Below, piece by piece: positions 28,075 through 40,619 of a stretch of 64,000 nt of DNA. The stretch's first letter is position 1. Each line of letters begins with the position of its first letter. Location: positions 4,650,001 to 4,714,000 of the forward strand of contig OX597843.1 of NCBI GenBank assembly GCA_951406725.2, in the 5' to 3' direction. A model generated the notes under the pieces. That model did no database searches and had not been told where the DNA came from. It worked only from the letters and a program-made list of their open reading frames with translations. The stretch is from Octopus vulgaris. Taxonomy: Eukaryota. The translations under genes and the position numbers were made by a program.

Positions 28075-28487
28075 CTCTTTACTCTCTCTCTCTTTTACTC
28101 TTTTACTTGTTTCAGTCATTTGACTGCGGCCATGCTGGAGCACTGCCTTTAGTTGAACAAATCAACCCCAGGACTTATTCTTTGGAAGCTTAGTACTTAT
28201 TCTATCGGTCTCTTTTGCTGAACCGCTATGTTACAGGGACGTAAACACACCAGCATCGGTTGTCAAGCAATGCTAGGGGGACAAACACAGACAAACAAAC
28301 ACATACACATATATATATATACGATGGGCTTCTTTCAGTTTCTGTCTACCAAATCCACTCACAAGGCTTTGGTCGACCCCAGGCTACAATAGAAGACACT
28401 TGCCCAAGATGCCACGCAGTGGGACTGAACCCGGAACCATGTGGTTGATAAGCAAGCTACTTACCACACAGCCACTCCTACGCCTAT
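28075..28487 (-). mobile_element. Dominant tRNA-derived SINE, minus-strand copy
   Basis: Reverse complement of the consensus above. Other - copies or fragments near 945, 3960, 17960, 19916, 26165, 29391, 35310, 39415, 40828, 56956, 57684 and 58207. Confidence 0.88.
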
Positions 28488-28972
28488 ACACATAAAAGAA
28501 ATCCTTAACATTACTATTAATTTTATTATATAAAAGTATTGTTGATGTTACTGTTATACGAAATACATCAAAGAAATTATTGTTGTTATTATTATTATTA
28601 TTATTAATAGTAGTAATAGTAGTAGTACTACTAATAATAATAACAATAACAGTAATAGTAGTGATAGTGAATGTGATAGGCGTTGCAGTGGTTGTTGCTA
28701 TGGTGACGGTGGCGGTGGTAGAGAGGGCTTCCACCACCCACCGCTGCCACATACCACCCCAACCTTCGTTGTTGTTTGTACTGTTATGCTCCATTTCTGC
28801 CCCAACCCACCACGACCACCACCACCAATCACCTCGAACGCATCTGACAAGCTGAGCTGATTACCTAATCTTATTTAGAGCATTCAGGATTATAAATATA
28901 TATATATATATATATATACGCACATACATACGTTATATGTGGTGTGTTTGTGTATATATATATATATATATA

Positions 28973-29798
28973 TAGGCGCAGGAGTGGCTGTGTGGTAAGT
29001 AGCTTGCTTACCAACCACATGGTTCCGGGTTCAGTCCCACTGCGTGGCACCTTGGGTAAGTGTCTTCTGCTATAGCCTCAGGTCGACCAAAGCCTTGTGA
29101 GTGGATTTGGTAGAAGGAAACTGAAAGAAGCCTATCGTATATATGTATGTGTGTGTATATGTTTGTGTGTCTGTGTTTGTCCCCCTAGTATTGCTTGACA
29201 ACCGATGCTGGTGTGTTTATGTTCCCGTCACTTAGCGGTTCGGCAAAACAGAACCGATAGAATAAGTACTGGGCTTACAAAAAGAATAAGTCCTGGGGTC
29301 GAGTTGCTCGACTAAAGGTGGTGCTCCAGCATGGCCACAGTCAAATGACTGAAACAAGTAAAAGAGTAAAGAGAGAAAGAGATATATATTCTTTTACTTG
29401 TTTCAGTCATTTGACTGCGGCCATGCTGGAGCACCACCTTTAGTCGAACACAATTTAAACCCAGGACTTATTCTTCGTCAGCCTAGTACTTATTCTATCG
29501 GTCTCTTTTGCCGAACGGCTAAGTAACAGGGATGTAAACACACCAACATCGGTTGTCAAGCGATGCTGAGGGTGGGATAAACACAGACGCACAAACATAT
29601 ACATACATATATATATATATACACACATATACATAACAGGCTTCTTTTAGTTTTCATCTACCAAATCCACTCACAAGGCTTTGGTAGGCCTGAGGTTATG
29701 ATAGAAAACACTTGCCCAAGGTGCTATTCTGTGGGACTGAACCCAGAAACATGTGGTTAGGAAGCAAGCTTCTTACCGCACAGCCACTTCTGCACCTA
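28973..29798. mobile_element. Tail-to-tail inverted pair of full-length SINEs
   Basis: The + copy at 28973-29380 is followed after about 10 bp by a - copy at 29391-29798. Confidence 0.85.
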
Positions 29799-29881
29799 TA
29801 GATATATATACATACATACATACACACACAAGCATGCATGTACGTACATGTAAAACTATATAGTCAGAAGATATGAAGTGA

Positions 29882-29927
<46 letters not shown>

Positions 29928-29959
29928 TTATTTATTTATTTAAGCACATGATGTTCATA

Positions 29960-30124
29960 GGATTACAGCTGTTTCGTAACTTTCTTTATATTGTATTGGT
30001 TTCAATGTGTCAGAAATTAATCATATGTGTTTCCATTAATATGTATGATCAGCATTATGCAATACAATAGAATATTCGTAAATTAATTAATGAGAATGAA
30101 GAAAAACTAGCTCATCAGATCACC
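29960..30124 (-). ncRNA. Type I hammerhead ribozyme motif with extended stem II
   Basis: Minus strand GGTGAT-CTGATGA-GCTAGTTTTTC...AGAAAGTTAC-GAAA-CAGCTG-TA^ATCC. Stem I GAT/ATC, palindromic stem III, about 135 nt between the core halves. Confidence 0.55.
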
Positions 30125-30263
30125 GGAATAACAAGGTTAGAGCTGAATATAAACAGCTTACTGCAACAATAAATTAATTAATTAATTGACTAATTCATCA
30201 ATAAATGTAGATAGATAGATATTTAGAAAGAAAGATAGATAGATAGGTAGGTAGGTAGGTAGG

Positions 30264-30310
<47 letters not shown>

Positions 30311-30580
30311 GTAGATATTTAGAAAGAAAGATAGATAGATAGATAGGTAGATAGATAGATAGATAGGTAGATAGATAGATTGACAGATAGATAGATTGAC
30401 AGATAGATAGATAGTGACAGATAGATAGATATAGATAGACAGAGATAGATAGATAGAGATAAACATAGACAGAGATAGATAGATACGTATAGATAGATAG
30501 GTATAGCTAGGTAGATATAGATAGATATACATAAATAGATACATACATAGATGTAGATATATAGAGGCAGACAGAAAGAA

Positions 30581-30627
<47 letters not shown>

Positions 30628-30754
30628 TATACACGAGGTCAATAAAATAAGTCATCTACTGGGTTCAATGCAATCGACTTGACCCTCCCCTCAAAACAAC
30701 TGGCAACATAACAAAATTAGAAAGAAAATTGTGCCTACAGTAAACAAGCTCCTC

Positions 30755-30899
30755 ATTATAATTATCATTATTATTATCATTATTATTATCATTATTATTA
30801 TCATTATTATTATTATTATCATTTTCATTATTATTATTATTATCATTATCATTTTCATTATTATTATTATTATTATCATTTTCATTATTATTATTATTA

Positions 30900-30935
<36 letters not shown>
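30755..30935. repeat. (ATT/ATC)n microsatellite
   Basis: Directly visible. Confidence 0.95.
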
Positions 30936-30936
<1 letters not shown>

Positions 30937-31744
30937 GACAGCAAGCTGGCAGAAATTTTTATAATGCCAGGTGAAAAGTTTAGCGGCATTTCGTGTCCAG
31001 GTTCTGAGTTCAAATCCCGCCAAGGTAAACATTGCCTTTCATCTTTCATCAATAAATTAAGTACCAGTGATACACTGGGGTCGATGTAATCGACTAGTCC
31101 GCTCCCTGCACATTTCAGGCTTTGTACCTTTAGCAGAAAGGATTATTATTATTATTATTATTCTGACTGGCCTGGTGCAGCCTTCGGGCTTCCCAGACCC
31201 CAGTTGAACCGTCCAACCCATGCCAGCATGGAAAGCGGACGTTAAACGATGATGATGATGATTATTATTATTATTATTGTTGTTGTTATTGTTATTATTG
31301 TACCAGTTGCATCCTGGGGTAGCTAAAAAAAAAAAAAATGAGCCCTTTTCCTCCCCACTCACTCTGCTCACCTTCACTTCCACCCCCTCTGGCAAACTTT
31401 ATACTGGCCTTGTACCTGAATTAGAGAGAGAGAGAGAGAGAGAGGGACAAATTATTAATTAATTGCTATGCCTGGCCAGAAGAGAAAGGTTACCAGGTGC
31501 AAATCAGTGCGGCATTGTTTGGCTTTGGTCAGCCAAGTGTCCGTCCTGACTGGCAGGCCATCAATGACCCGGCTATTGTCTTGGACACCCCGGACCACTG
31601 ACTGGATATAAATACTACCCAGGTACAATGGGAGGAGTCGGTGTCAGGCGCTCTTGGCACGGGGAGGGGGAAGGAACAGAGGGGGTGGTTGGAAGATGGC
31701 CAAGGTAGGTTAGATGTGCGATGTTAGTGAATTAGGAACGACAG

Positions 31745-32725
31745 AGAAGGACATTACGTAATGTAGTCCGAGGTATACGGTGGCCGAATGTAAAAGAAGA
31801 GGGGGAGGAGGTTACACCGGATCAGGACTGACCCGGGGCTAAACAACCCACAACAACAACAACAACAGAGAAGGACATATGAAGTAATGTACTCCGAGAT
31901 ACACTATGGCTGAATGGAAAAGAGGTCACGGTTGGAGCAGCTTCTGTTAGAGGTTTATTAATGTAGGACTGACCTGGGGCTAAACAACAACAAGGAAGGA
32001 CACATTAGAAAATGTAGTCCTAGATACACTATGCCTGAATAAAAGACAGGATGGTCACAGCTGGAGCATCTTTGATCATAGGTTGCTCGATCAGGACTGA
32101 CCAGGGGCTAAACAACAAGGAAGGATACATTAGATAATGTAGTCCTAGATACACTATGTCAGAATCAAAGACAGGATGGTCACAGCTGGAGCATATTTGA
32201 TCATAGGTCTGCTGGATCAGACTGACCTGGGGCTAAACAACAAGAAAGAAGGACACATTAGATAATGTAGTCCTAGATACACTGTGTCAGAATAAAAGAC
32301 AGGATGGTCACAGCTGGAGCATCTTTGATCATAGGTCTACTGGATTGGGACTGACCTGGGGCTAAACAACAAGGAAGGACACATTAGATAATGTAGTTCT
32401 AGATACACTATGCCTGAATAAAAGACAGGATGGTCACAGCTGGAACATCTTCGATCATAGGTTTTGCTGGATCAGGACTGACCTGGGGCTAAACAACAAG
32501 GAAGGACACATTAGATAATGTAGTCCTAGATACACTATGCCTGAATAAAAGACAGGATGGCCATGGCTTTTGATAACAGAACTGACCTGGGGCTAAACAG
32601 CAACAAGGTAGGATACATTAGGAAATGTAGTCCAAGACACACTATGTCTAAATCCAAAACAGGATGGTCACAGCTGGAACATTTTTGATCACAAGTCTGC
32701 TGGTTCGTGACTGACCTGGGGCTAA
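31745..32725. repeat. Second array of the same satellite (about 8 units)
   Basis: Same unit and orientation as 14812-15542. The first two units are diverged and one carries an (AAC)n run. Confidence 0.9.
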
Positions 32726-32994
32726 TAAACTTAAATGCTAATTTATGGCATTTAAACTCTGGCTCCGATAACGAATGGATGTGAAATACAGATAAGCATG
32801 TGATGCCTTTTTTGGAGAAGGTCATAACCATGTCACATGCTACCAACGAGGTCATGTGACATTCAAGATATGAATGACGCTGAATGGCTAGAAAACTGAC
32901 CTTTTCGATAGCCTACCCAACTTGAGACCCTGCATTTTATGTACTTCATATATATATATTATATAATCAAAATAAGCAACAAGAATGACTCCGG

Positions 32995-33087
32995 TAATTT
33001 GGTACGATCGTTTCGTACTACACCATTTTATTAAATGTTGTAAGTATTACAACAGATTTAAGATGCTGAGTGCTCATCAGACAATTA
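32995..33087 (-). ncRNA. Type I hammerhead ribozyme motif (slightly decayed)
   Basis: Minus strand TAATTGT-CTGATGA-GCACT...AGTAC-GAAA-CGATCG-TA^CCAAATTA. Core intact and stem III palindromic, with mismatches in stems I and II. Confidence 0.65.
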
Positions 33088-33447
33088 TAGAGGTTTTCCA
33101 TTAATACAAAAGTTTTCAAATCAAGTGGCATCATTATATATATATATATATGTGTGGAGGCGCAATGGCCTAGTGGTTAGGGCAGTGGAATTGCGATTGT
33201 AGGATCGCGGTTTCGATTCTCAGACCGGGCGTTGTGAGTGTTTATTGAATGAAAACACCTAAAGATCCATGAGGCTCCAGCAGGGGGGGGGCAATCCCTG
33301 CTGTACTCTTTTGCCACAACTTTCTCTCACTCTTTCTTCTGTTGGCCTGCTCGCTTAGCCAGCGGGGTGGCGTCATTTGAAGGCTAAAACATATATATAT
33401 ATATATATATCATGAAGTATATTTGCCACTTAATTGTGGTTAACCCT

Positions 33448-33923
33448 TAACCCCTTCGTTACTATATTTATTTTGAGATGCTCTGTGCTTCTTTCAATTA
33501 CTTTAAATATAACAAAGAATTTAGTAAAATAACTTAGTTATCATTCAGCTAGTGTTAGGAACATAAATTGTGACTAATTGTGGAAGATTTTAATTCAAAA
33601 CTTATGAAAACAAGACATTTGTACTACAGAGCCAGAGGTGGTTTCAGCCAGGTTGGTATCAAAAGGGTTAAGAATTGTTTCTCTATTATATATTTTTAAC
33701 CCTTTTGTTACCATATTTCTGTTGAGATGCTCTGTGTTTCTTTCAATTATTTTAAATATAACAAAGAATTTAGTAAAATAACTTGGTTATCATTAAGCTA
33801 GTGTTAGGAACATAAATTGTGACTAAGGTTTGGTGGAAGATTTTGATTTAAAACTTATGAAAACAAGACATTTGTACTCAGAACCAGAGCCGGTTTCAGC
33901 CGGGTTGGTATCAAAAGGGTTAA
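33448..33923. mobile_element. Dimeric TTAA-flanked MITE, second copy
   Basis: Same two-unit structure and essentially the same spacer as 17094-17568, with TTAA at both ends. Confidence 0.8.
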
Positions 33924-35694
33924 GGATGGATACTACTGTAGCTTGTAGCCCCAGGAGGATACCTCCTCCAGCTGGCTATTGACACACTTTCTGTGCCCTA
34001 TCAGTATTTGCAAAGGGAAGCCGTCCTTCCCATCTTGAACCTGACATGATACATATGGACTCGAGTTTCTGAATATTGACTCGTCATCAGCGTGTGACAA
34101 TCACTGGTTGTCAATGAAAAGTAGGCCTCCTTTTGCAAACATATATCCTTTTTCCAGTGACGAAAAGTCACTGATCTCGAAAAAGTGTTAACGAGCAATC
34201 ATAAATCTCTTAACGAGGTATAAAAACAGTAGCCGCACGACTTCGTGAAGTATATTTGCCAAAGTGGCAAATATACTTCACAATGTCATCATGCAGCTAA
34301 GATATATAGGAAGGAGATAATATAAATACACACACACACACACACACACTCTCTGTCTTTCTCTCTCTCTCACATGCTCATGTGCTGTGATGCTGTGTTG
34401 TGATGATAGTACAAGTGTGTGTATAGGGTGTGTAGTATATCCTAGTGTAAGAGAAAGTCACACACACACACACACACATACACACACACTCTCTCTCTGT
34501 ACACACATATAGATAAGAAAAAGAAAATGGAGATTGGAAAGTTAATAATTGAGGGTGTGTGGTAAGTAGCTTGCTTACCAACCACATGGTTCCGGGTTCA
34601 GTCCCACTGCGTGGTACCTTGGGCAAGTGTCTTCTACTATAGCCTCAGGCCGACCAAAGCCTTGTGAGTGGATTTGGTAGATGGAAACTGAAAGAAGCCT
34701 GTCATATATATATGTATTAGGCACAGGAAAGGGTGTGTGGTAAGTAGCTTGTTAACCAACCACATGGCTCTGGGTTCAGTCCCACTGCGTGGCACCTTCG
34801 GCAAGTGTCTTCTGCTATAGCCCCGGGCCGACCAATGCCTTGTGAGTGGATTTGGTAGACGGAAACTGAAAGAAGCCTGTCGTATATATGTATGTGTGTG
34901 TGTATGTGTGTCTGTGTTTGTCCCCCTAGCATTGCTTGACAACCGATGCTGGTGTGTTTACATCCCCGTCACTTAGCAGTTCAGCAAAAAGAGACCGATA
35001 GAATAAGTACTGGGCTTACAAAAAGAATAAGTCCTGGGGTCGATTTGCTCGACTAAAGGCGGTGCTCCAGCATGGCCGCAGTCAAATGACTGAAACAAGT
35101 AAAAGAGTAAAGAGAAAGAGAGAGTATTAACAGCAAATTAATCATCATTCTTTACAGCTGTTTCAATCAATACTCAGTAAATATTAAGTAAATGTGAAAT
35201 TTATATGACCAGACCATAATATCTTCAGAGGGAAAAAAATATACCTTTGGATGTTTTATATGAGTTTATGGATTCATTATAGCATTCATTAAATATATAC
35301 ACATATATAGGACGGGCTTCTTTCAGTTTCCATCTACCAAATCCACTCACAAGGCTTTGGTCTGCCCAAGGCTATAGTAGAAGACACTTGTCCAAGGTGC
35401 CACGCAGTGGGACTGAACCCGGAACCATGTGGTTGGTAAGCAAGCTACTTACCACACAGCCACTCCTGAGCCTATACTAATGTGCTTGTGTGTGTTTGTG
35501 TGGTGGTGGTGGTGGGAGGGCGGTGTTTGTGTGTGTATGTGTGTGTGTATCTGTGTGTTTGTGCATGTGTGTTTGTGCATGTATGTGTTTGTGTGTGTGT
35601 TTGTGCATGTGTGTGTGTGTGTATTACATGTGTTTTGGTATGTGCGTGTGTTGTTTTTTTTCTTTGGCCTTAACAAATTACTGAACCGTGTCTG

Positions 35695-36410
35695 TGTCCA
35701 CCCAGCAGCTAGGAATGGGTATCGGATCAACTGGGGGAATGCTAACATGTGATAGACTGGCATCTTATCCAGGTGGCGATTCATCTCTCCTCACAATGTC
35801 TCTATATGACACACCACTATATTGAACATTACCTTGGTTCACACCTGGCTGCAGTGAGAGAGAGAGAATAGACACCAGATGATTTGGGAGAGTGTTAACA
35901 TGTGATAGACTAGTGCCTTATCCAGGTGGAGATTTATCCCTCCTCACAATGTCTCTGACACAACACTATATTGAATATTACCTTGGTTCTCACCTGGCTG
36001 CAGTGAGAGAGAGAATAGGCACCAGGTGATCTGGGAGAGTGTTAACATGTGATAGACTAGTGTCTTATCCAGGTGGATATTTCTCTCACCTCACAATGTC
36101 TTTATATGACACACCACTATATTGAACATTACCTTGGTTCACACCTAGCTGCAGTGAGAGAGAGAGAGAGAGAATAGGCACCAGATGATCTGGGAGAGTG
36201 TTAACATGTGATAGACTAGTGTCTTATCCAGGTGGAGATTTATCTCACATCACAATGTCTCTATGACACATCACTATATTCTACATCACCTCAGAGCCCA
36301 CCTAGCTGTGCAGAGGTAGAGAACAAATATCAGATCATCAAGGTGAGTGTTAACATGTGATAGACTGGCATCTTATCCAAGTGGAGATTTATCTCTCATC
36401 ACAGTGTACC
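35695..36410 (+). repeat. Tandem repeat of about 150-165 bp x4-5, seeded by a conserved-domain SINE-like segment
   Basis: taacatgtgatagact(a/g)g..tcttatccaggtgg recurs 5 times. The lead-in gtccacccagc..aatgggta resembles SINE central domains (recalled). Confidence 0.7.
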
Positions 36411-36666
36411 CGAGATAAGTAGATAATATATATAATGCCATTGCTATTTTTAACTCAGTAGCAAAATCTGAGTATTTGTCAGGAGAGTCCAAAGGGTCAA
36501 ATTAAGGAGGAAAAACACAGATAAAAGTGCCAGGTAGCTCTGTCTCCCTCCAAGATAAGAGTTACTGTTGCCAAGCATGAATTAATGATAGAAGATCTAT
36601 GTGGTCATCTGATTAGCTAGAAATAACAGCTAAATCTTCCACAGATCACTTTATCAAATCGCTACA

Positions 36667-37830
36667 TATATAAAGCTGAAGTTGTCTGCGTATGGCAGGT
36701 TTGGTAGCCTTCAACTAACACTATCTCCTCCAAGACCCTGCGGCACATCATCATCATCGTTTAACGTCCGCTTTCCATGCTAGCATGGGTTGGACGGTTC
36801 AACTGGGGTCTGGGGAGCCCGAAGGCTGCACCAAGCCAGTCAGATCTGGCAGTGTTTCTACAGCTGGATGCCCTTCCTAACGCCAACCACTCCGAGAGTG
36901 TAGTGGGTGATTTTATGTGCCAGCGACACAGGTGCCAGACAAGGCTGGCGAACGGCCACGCTCAGATGGTGTTTTTTACGTGCCACCGGCACAAGTTGAC
37001 CAAAATTGAGAGTATGATAGAAGAAGGCTTGCTCTTCTTTCCTAAGAAGGAAAAATTCAAATCAGACCATGCTAACACCAAAAATTATTTACATCAAAAA
37101 GGTGCTTTTTTTCCTATGAAAATCCCTATTTTTTACGATTTATAAAGCTGAAGTTGTCTGTGTATGGTAGGTTTGGTAGCCTTCAACTAAAACTATCTCC
37201 TCCAAGACCCTGCGGCGCAAGTTGACCAAAATTGAGAGTATGATAGAAGAAGGCTTGCTCTTCCTTCCGTAGAAGAAAAAATTCAAATCAGACCATGCTA
37301 ACACCAAAAATTATTTACATCAAAAAGGTGCTTTTTTTCCTATGAAAATCCCTATTTTTTACGATTTATAAAGCTGAAGTTGTCTGTGTATGGTAGGTTT
37401 GGTAGCCTTCAACTAAAACTATCTCCTCCAAGACCCTGCGGCGCAAGTTGACCAAAATTGAGAGTATGATAGAAGAAGGCTTGCTCTTCCTTCCGTAGAA
37501 GAAAAAATTCAAATCAGACCATGCTAACACCAAAAATTATTTACATCAAAAAGGTGCTTTTTTTCCTATGAAAATCCCTATTTTTTATGATTTCTAAAGC
37601 TGAAGTTGTCTGTGTATGGCAGGTTTGGTAGCCTTCAACTAAAACTATCTCCTCCAAGACCCTGCGGCGCAAGTTGACCAAAATTGAGAGTATGATAGAA
37701 GAAGGCTTGCTCTTCCTTCCGTAGAAGAAAAAATTCAAAACGGATCATGTTAACACCAAAAATTATTTACATCAAAAAGGTGCTTTTTTTTTCTTTGAAA
37801 ATCCCTATTTTTTACGATTAATTGACTGCT
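36667..37830 (+). repeat. 226-bp tandem repeat x4 of a probable Helitron 5' region; first unit interrupted by a SINE
   Basis: taaagctgaagttgtctg at 36671, 37143, 37369 and 37595. The start resembles the element at 3416. The insert is flanked by CGGCACA (36741-36747, 36987-36993). Confidence 0.75.
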
Positions 37831-38184
37831 GTGTCGCCATATTTTGACTGCTGTGTCAACTTTAACTGACCAATTAAGGCGCGTAGTGTTAGCCCACGCA
37901 TTCTCTAAACGACCGTCACCTGTCAGTCAGCGAAGCTAATTCAGTGTCAGCTTGTCTCACCTGGTGGTGTGGTACACAGTGCACCTGTTCAGGTAAATGC
38001 TGATGTGATGGAGAGAGTGAACTTATAATGGAATTGAAGTCTTGTGATACCTGTGGAGTATCTCCTTCTCCAATTACAATTATTTCCGTAGTCTTAAGGA
38101 TCTGGAACACGGAGAAGAAGTTTACAAGCGGAATGCAATTCAACAGTCGTTTAATTTTTTGGTTCTCAGAAATTGTAGTTAAGA

Positions 38185-38750
38185 TACCCGTGCCGGTGAC
38201 ATGTTAAAAGCACCATCCGAACGTGGCAGTTGCCAGCCTCCTCTGGCCCCTGTGCCGGTGGTACGTAAAAGCACCAACCGATCGTGGCCAATTGCCAGCC
38301 TCCTCTGGCCCTTGTGCCAGTGGCATGCAAAAAGCACCAACCGATTGTGGCTGTTGCCAGCCTCGTCTGGCCCCTGTGCCAGTGGCACGTAAAAGCACCA
38401 ACCAATCATGGCCGTTGCCAGCCTCCTCTGGCCCCTGTGCCAGTGGCACGTAAAAGCACCAACTGATCGTGGCCGTTACCAGCCTCCTATGGCCCCTGTG
38501 CCAGTGGCATGTAAAAGCACCAACTGATTGTGGCCGTTTGCCAGCCTCCTCTCGCCCCTGTGCCAGTGGCACGTAAAAAGAACCCACTACACTCTCGGAG
38601 TGGTTGGCGTTAGGAAGGGCATCCAGCTGTAGAAACTTTGCCAGATCAGACTGGAGCCTGGTGCAGCCTTCTGGCTTCCCAGACCCCAGTCGAACCGTCC
38701 AACCCATGCTAGCATGGAAAGCGGACGTTGAACGATGATGATGATGATGA
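38185..38750 (+). mobile_element. SINE-like repeat with (GAT)n tail and internal 60-bp tandem units; relatives at 60100-60573 (+), 36748-36986 (-) and 31165-31260 (+)
   Basis: Shared 3' end ccgtccaacccatgctagcatggaaagcggacgtt.aacgatgatgatg, plus about 6 internal copies of cccctgtgccagtggcacgtaaaagcaccaac. Confidence 0.75.
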
Positions 38751-38964
38751 GGAGGAGGATTCATGTGGCTCGTTCCATGTGACCATCTTTATGGCAGCGC
38801 ATGGTTCGTTATAGCTCCGTTCAGGTGAGGTTCATTACCTCTGGAGATAACAGGTGAAGTTAGAGCGGGAAAAGAGTCTGCCGTGAGCTGCCAACTTCGC
38901 AGAGTTTCTCGGCGTAAACAAGAAGGAAGAAAAAAAGGGTGAATGCCTTAATTCTCCTGCTTAA

Positions 38965-39185
38965 CCCTTTAGTGTTCGCATTATTCTACCAAAATTAATC
39001 CCTTTTTATCCAAATTGTTTTGAACTAATCATGCATCATCTTGTAGCTATGAGATTTTGATGAGGTAGCTGTTCATTTTTAAAACGATATTGTAGAGTTG
39101 GTGTAAGTGACCAGATCTGGCCAGTTTGAACATAAAACAGGCAGAATACTTTTGGCCGGATATGGCCAGTTTGAATGCTAAAGGG
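38965..39185. mobile_element. TTAA-flanked MITE (different family)
   Basis: TIR CCCTTTAG/CTAAAGGG with TTAA on both sides (38961-38964, 39186-39189). Confidence 0.8.
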
Positions 39186-39826
39186 TTAAACAATCGTTGC
39201 CGACGAGAGTCTCGCTGCCGTCTCACGCATGGCAAATGGCTGCAGGTGAGATCTCATTCAAAATGGTGCTGGCTTCCTGTGTGTCACTACAAGCCAATAT
39301 GCAACACAAACACCTGAACACTATAAACAATTCATCTGTGCAGGTCATTCGGCAAAAAGCTGTATGCTCAGGAGAGTCCATCAGATATATGTGTATGTGT
39401 GTGTATATATATATACTCTTTACTCTTTTACTTGTTTCAGTCATTTGACTGCGGCCATGCTGGAGCACCGCCTTTAGTCGAGCAAATCGACCCCGGGACT
39501 TATTCTTTTTGTAAGCCCAGTACTTATTCTATCGGTCTCTTCTTGCCGAACCTCTAAGTGACGGGGAGGTAAACACACCAGCATCGGTTGTCAAGCAATT
39601 CTAGGGGGACAAACACAGACACACAAACACACACACATACATACATATATATATATATATATACATATATACGACAGGATTCTTTCAGTTTCCCTCAACC
39701 AAATCCACTCACAAGGCATTGGTCAGCCCGGGGCTATAGCAGAAGACACATGCCCAAGATACCACGCAGTGGGACTGAACCCGGAACCATGTGGTTGGTT
39801 AGCAAGCTACTTACCACACAGCTGCT

Positions 39827-39872
<46 letters not shown>

Positions 39873-40466
39873 TCGTTAGCCACTACACACATTTTTTTCT
39901 CTCCTTGTTTCTTTTCTGTGTCCCTTTCTGTAGAAGAGCATAGGCTCGAAACATAAAAGACTTTTTCTATTCCTGAGCGTTATACTAATACATCTGTTTG
40001 TTTTGTACTCCACCTGTCTTCGTCTTTTGTTTTTTTCGTAAACTCTCCCTATATATATATAATGGAGAGCAGTAATGTACCTTATCATATAGCATGAAAT
40101 GATTGTGGATTAATAATGGTTAAATACATCGTCTGTGAGTATGAAATTCCTGCTCTTACCGCTGGAAATGTAAATCTTCACTACGGATTAATTCACCTTT
40201 TCTGTGAAGCTAATAAGTTTTTAAAAACCTGTGATAAGTCTGTGCATCATCTTCCTCATATCTCTGGAAATTTAAATCTACACTATGGATTGATTCATCT
40301 TCTCTTCGAAACTAATAAGTTTTCAAAAATCTGTGATAAGACTGTGCATCATCATGAAGGAACTTTGAAAAACTGTTTGCAACCTATATCTGCCTTTAAT
40401 GGAATTATCTCCAATATTTCATGAGTATAACCTCACCCACTAAGATGTCTAGAGAACTCATATGTA

Positions 40467-40557
40467 TTTTAGCTGATGAGTACGGGACACTTTTATCTGC
40501 TGCAATTTTTGCAACTTGTAATAAAGCCTGTCTTTGTATGAAACAATTGTACTAAAA
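40467..40557 (+). ncRNA. Type I hammerhead ribozyme motif
   Basis: TTTTAG-CTGATGA(40473-40479)-GTACGGGACA...TGTCTTTGTAT-GAAA(40540-40543)-CAATTG-TA^CTAAAA. Intact core, 6-bp stem I (TTTTAG/CTAAAA), long stem II and palindromic minimal stem III. Confidence 0.75.
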
Positions 40558-40585
40558 ACTAATCCATTCTTGTTGCTTCTTTCTC

Positions 40586-40619
<34 letters not shown>

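Noticed and set aside
33152-33230. tRNA gene
   Set aside because: A/B boxes are present, but the sequence continues into a repeated SINE body and lacks a clean acceptor stem, so it is a SINE head.
34055-34095. CTGATGA followed by a CGAGT/ACTCG stem on the minus strand
   Set aside because: No GAAA follows stem II, so the hammerhead core is incomplete.
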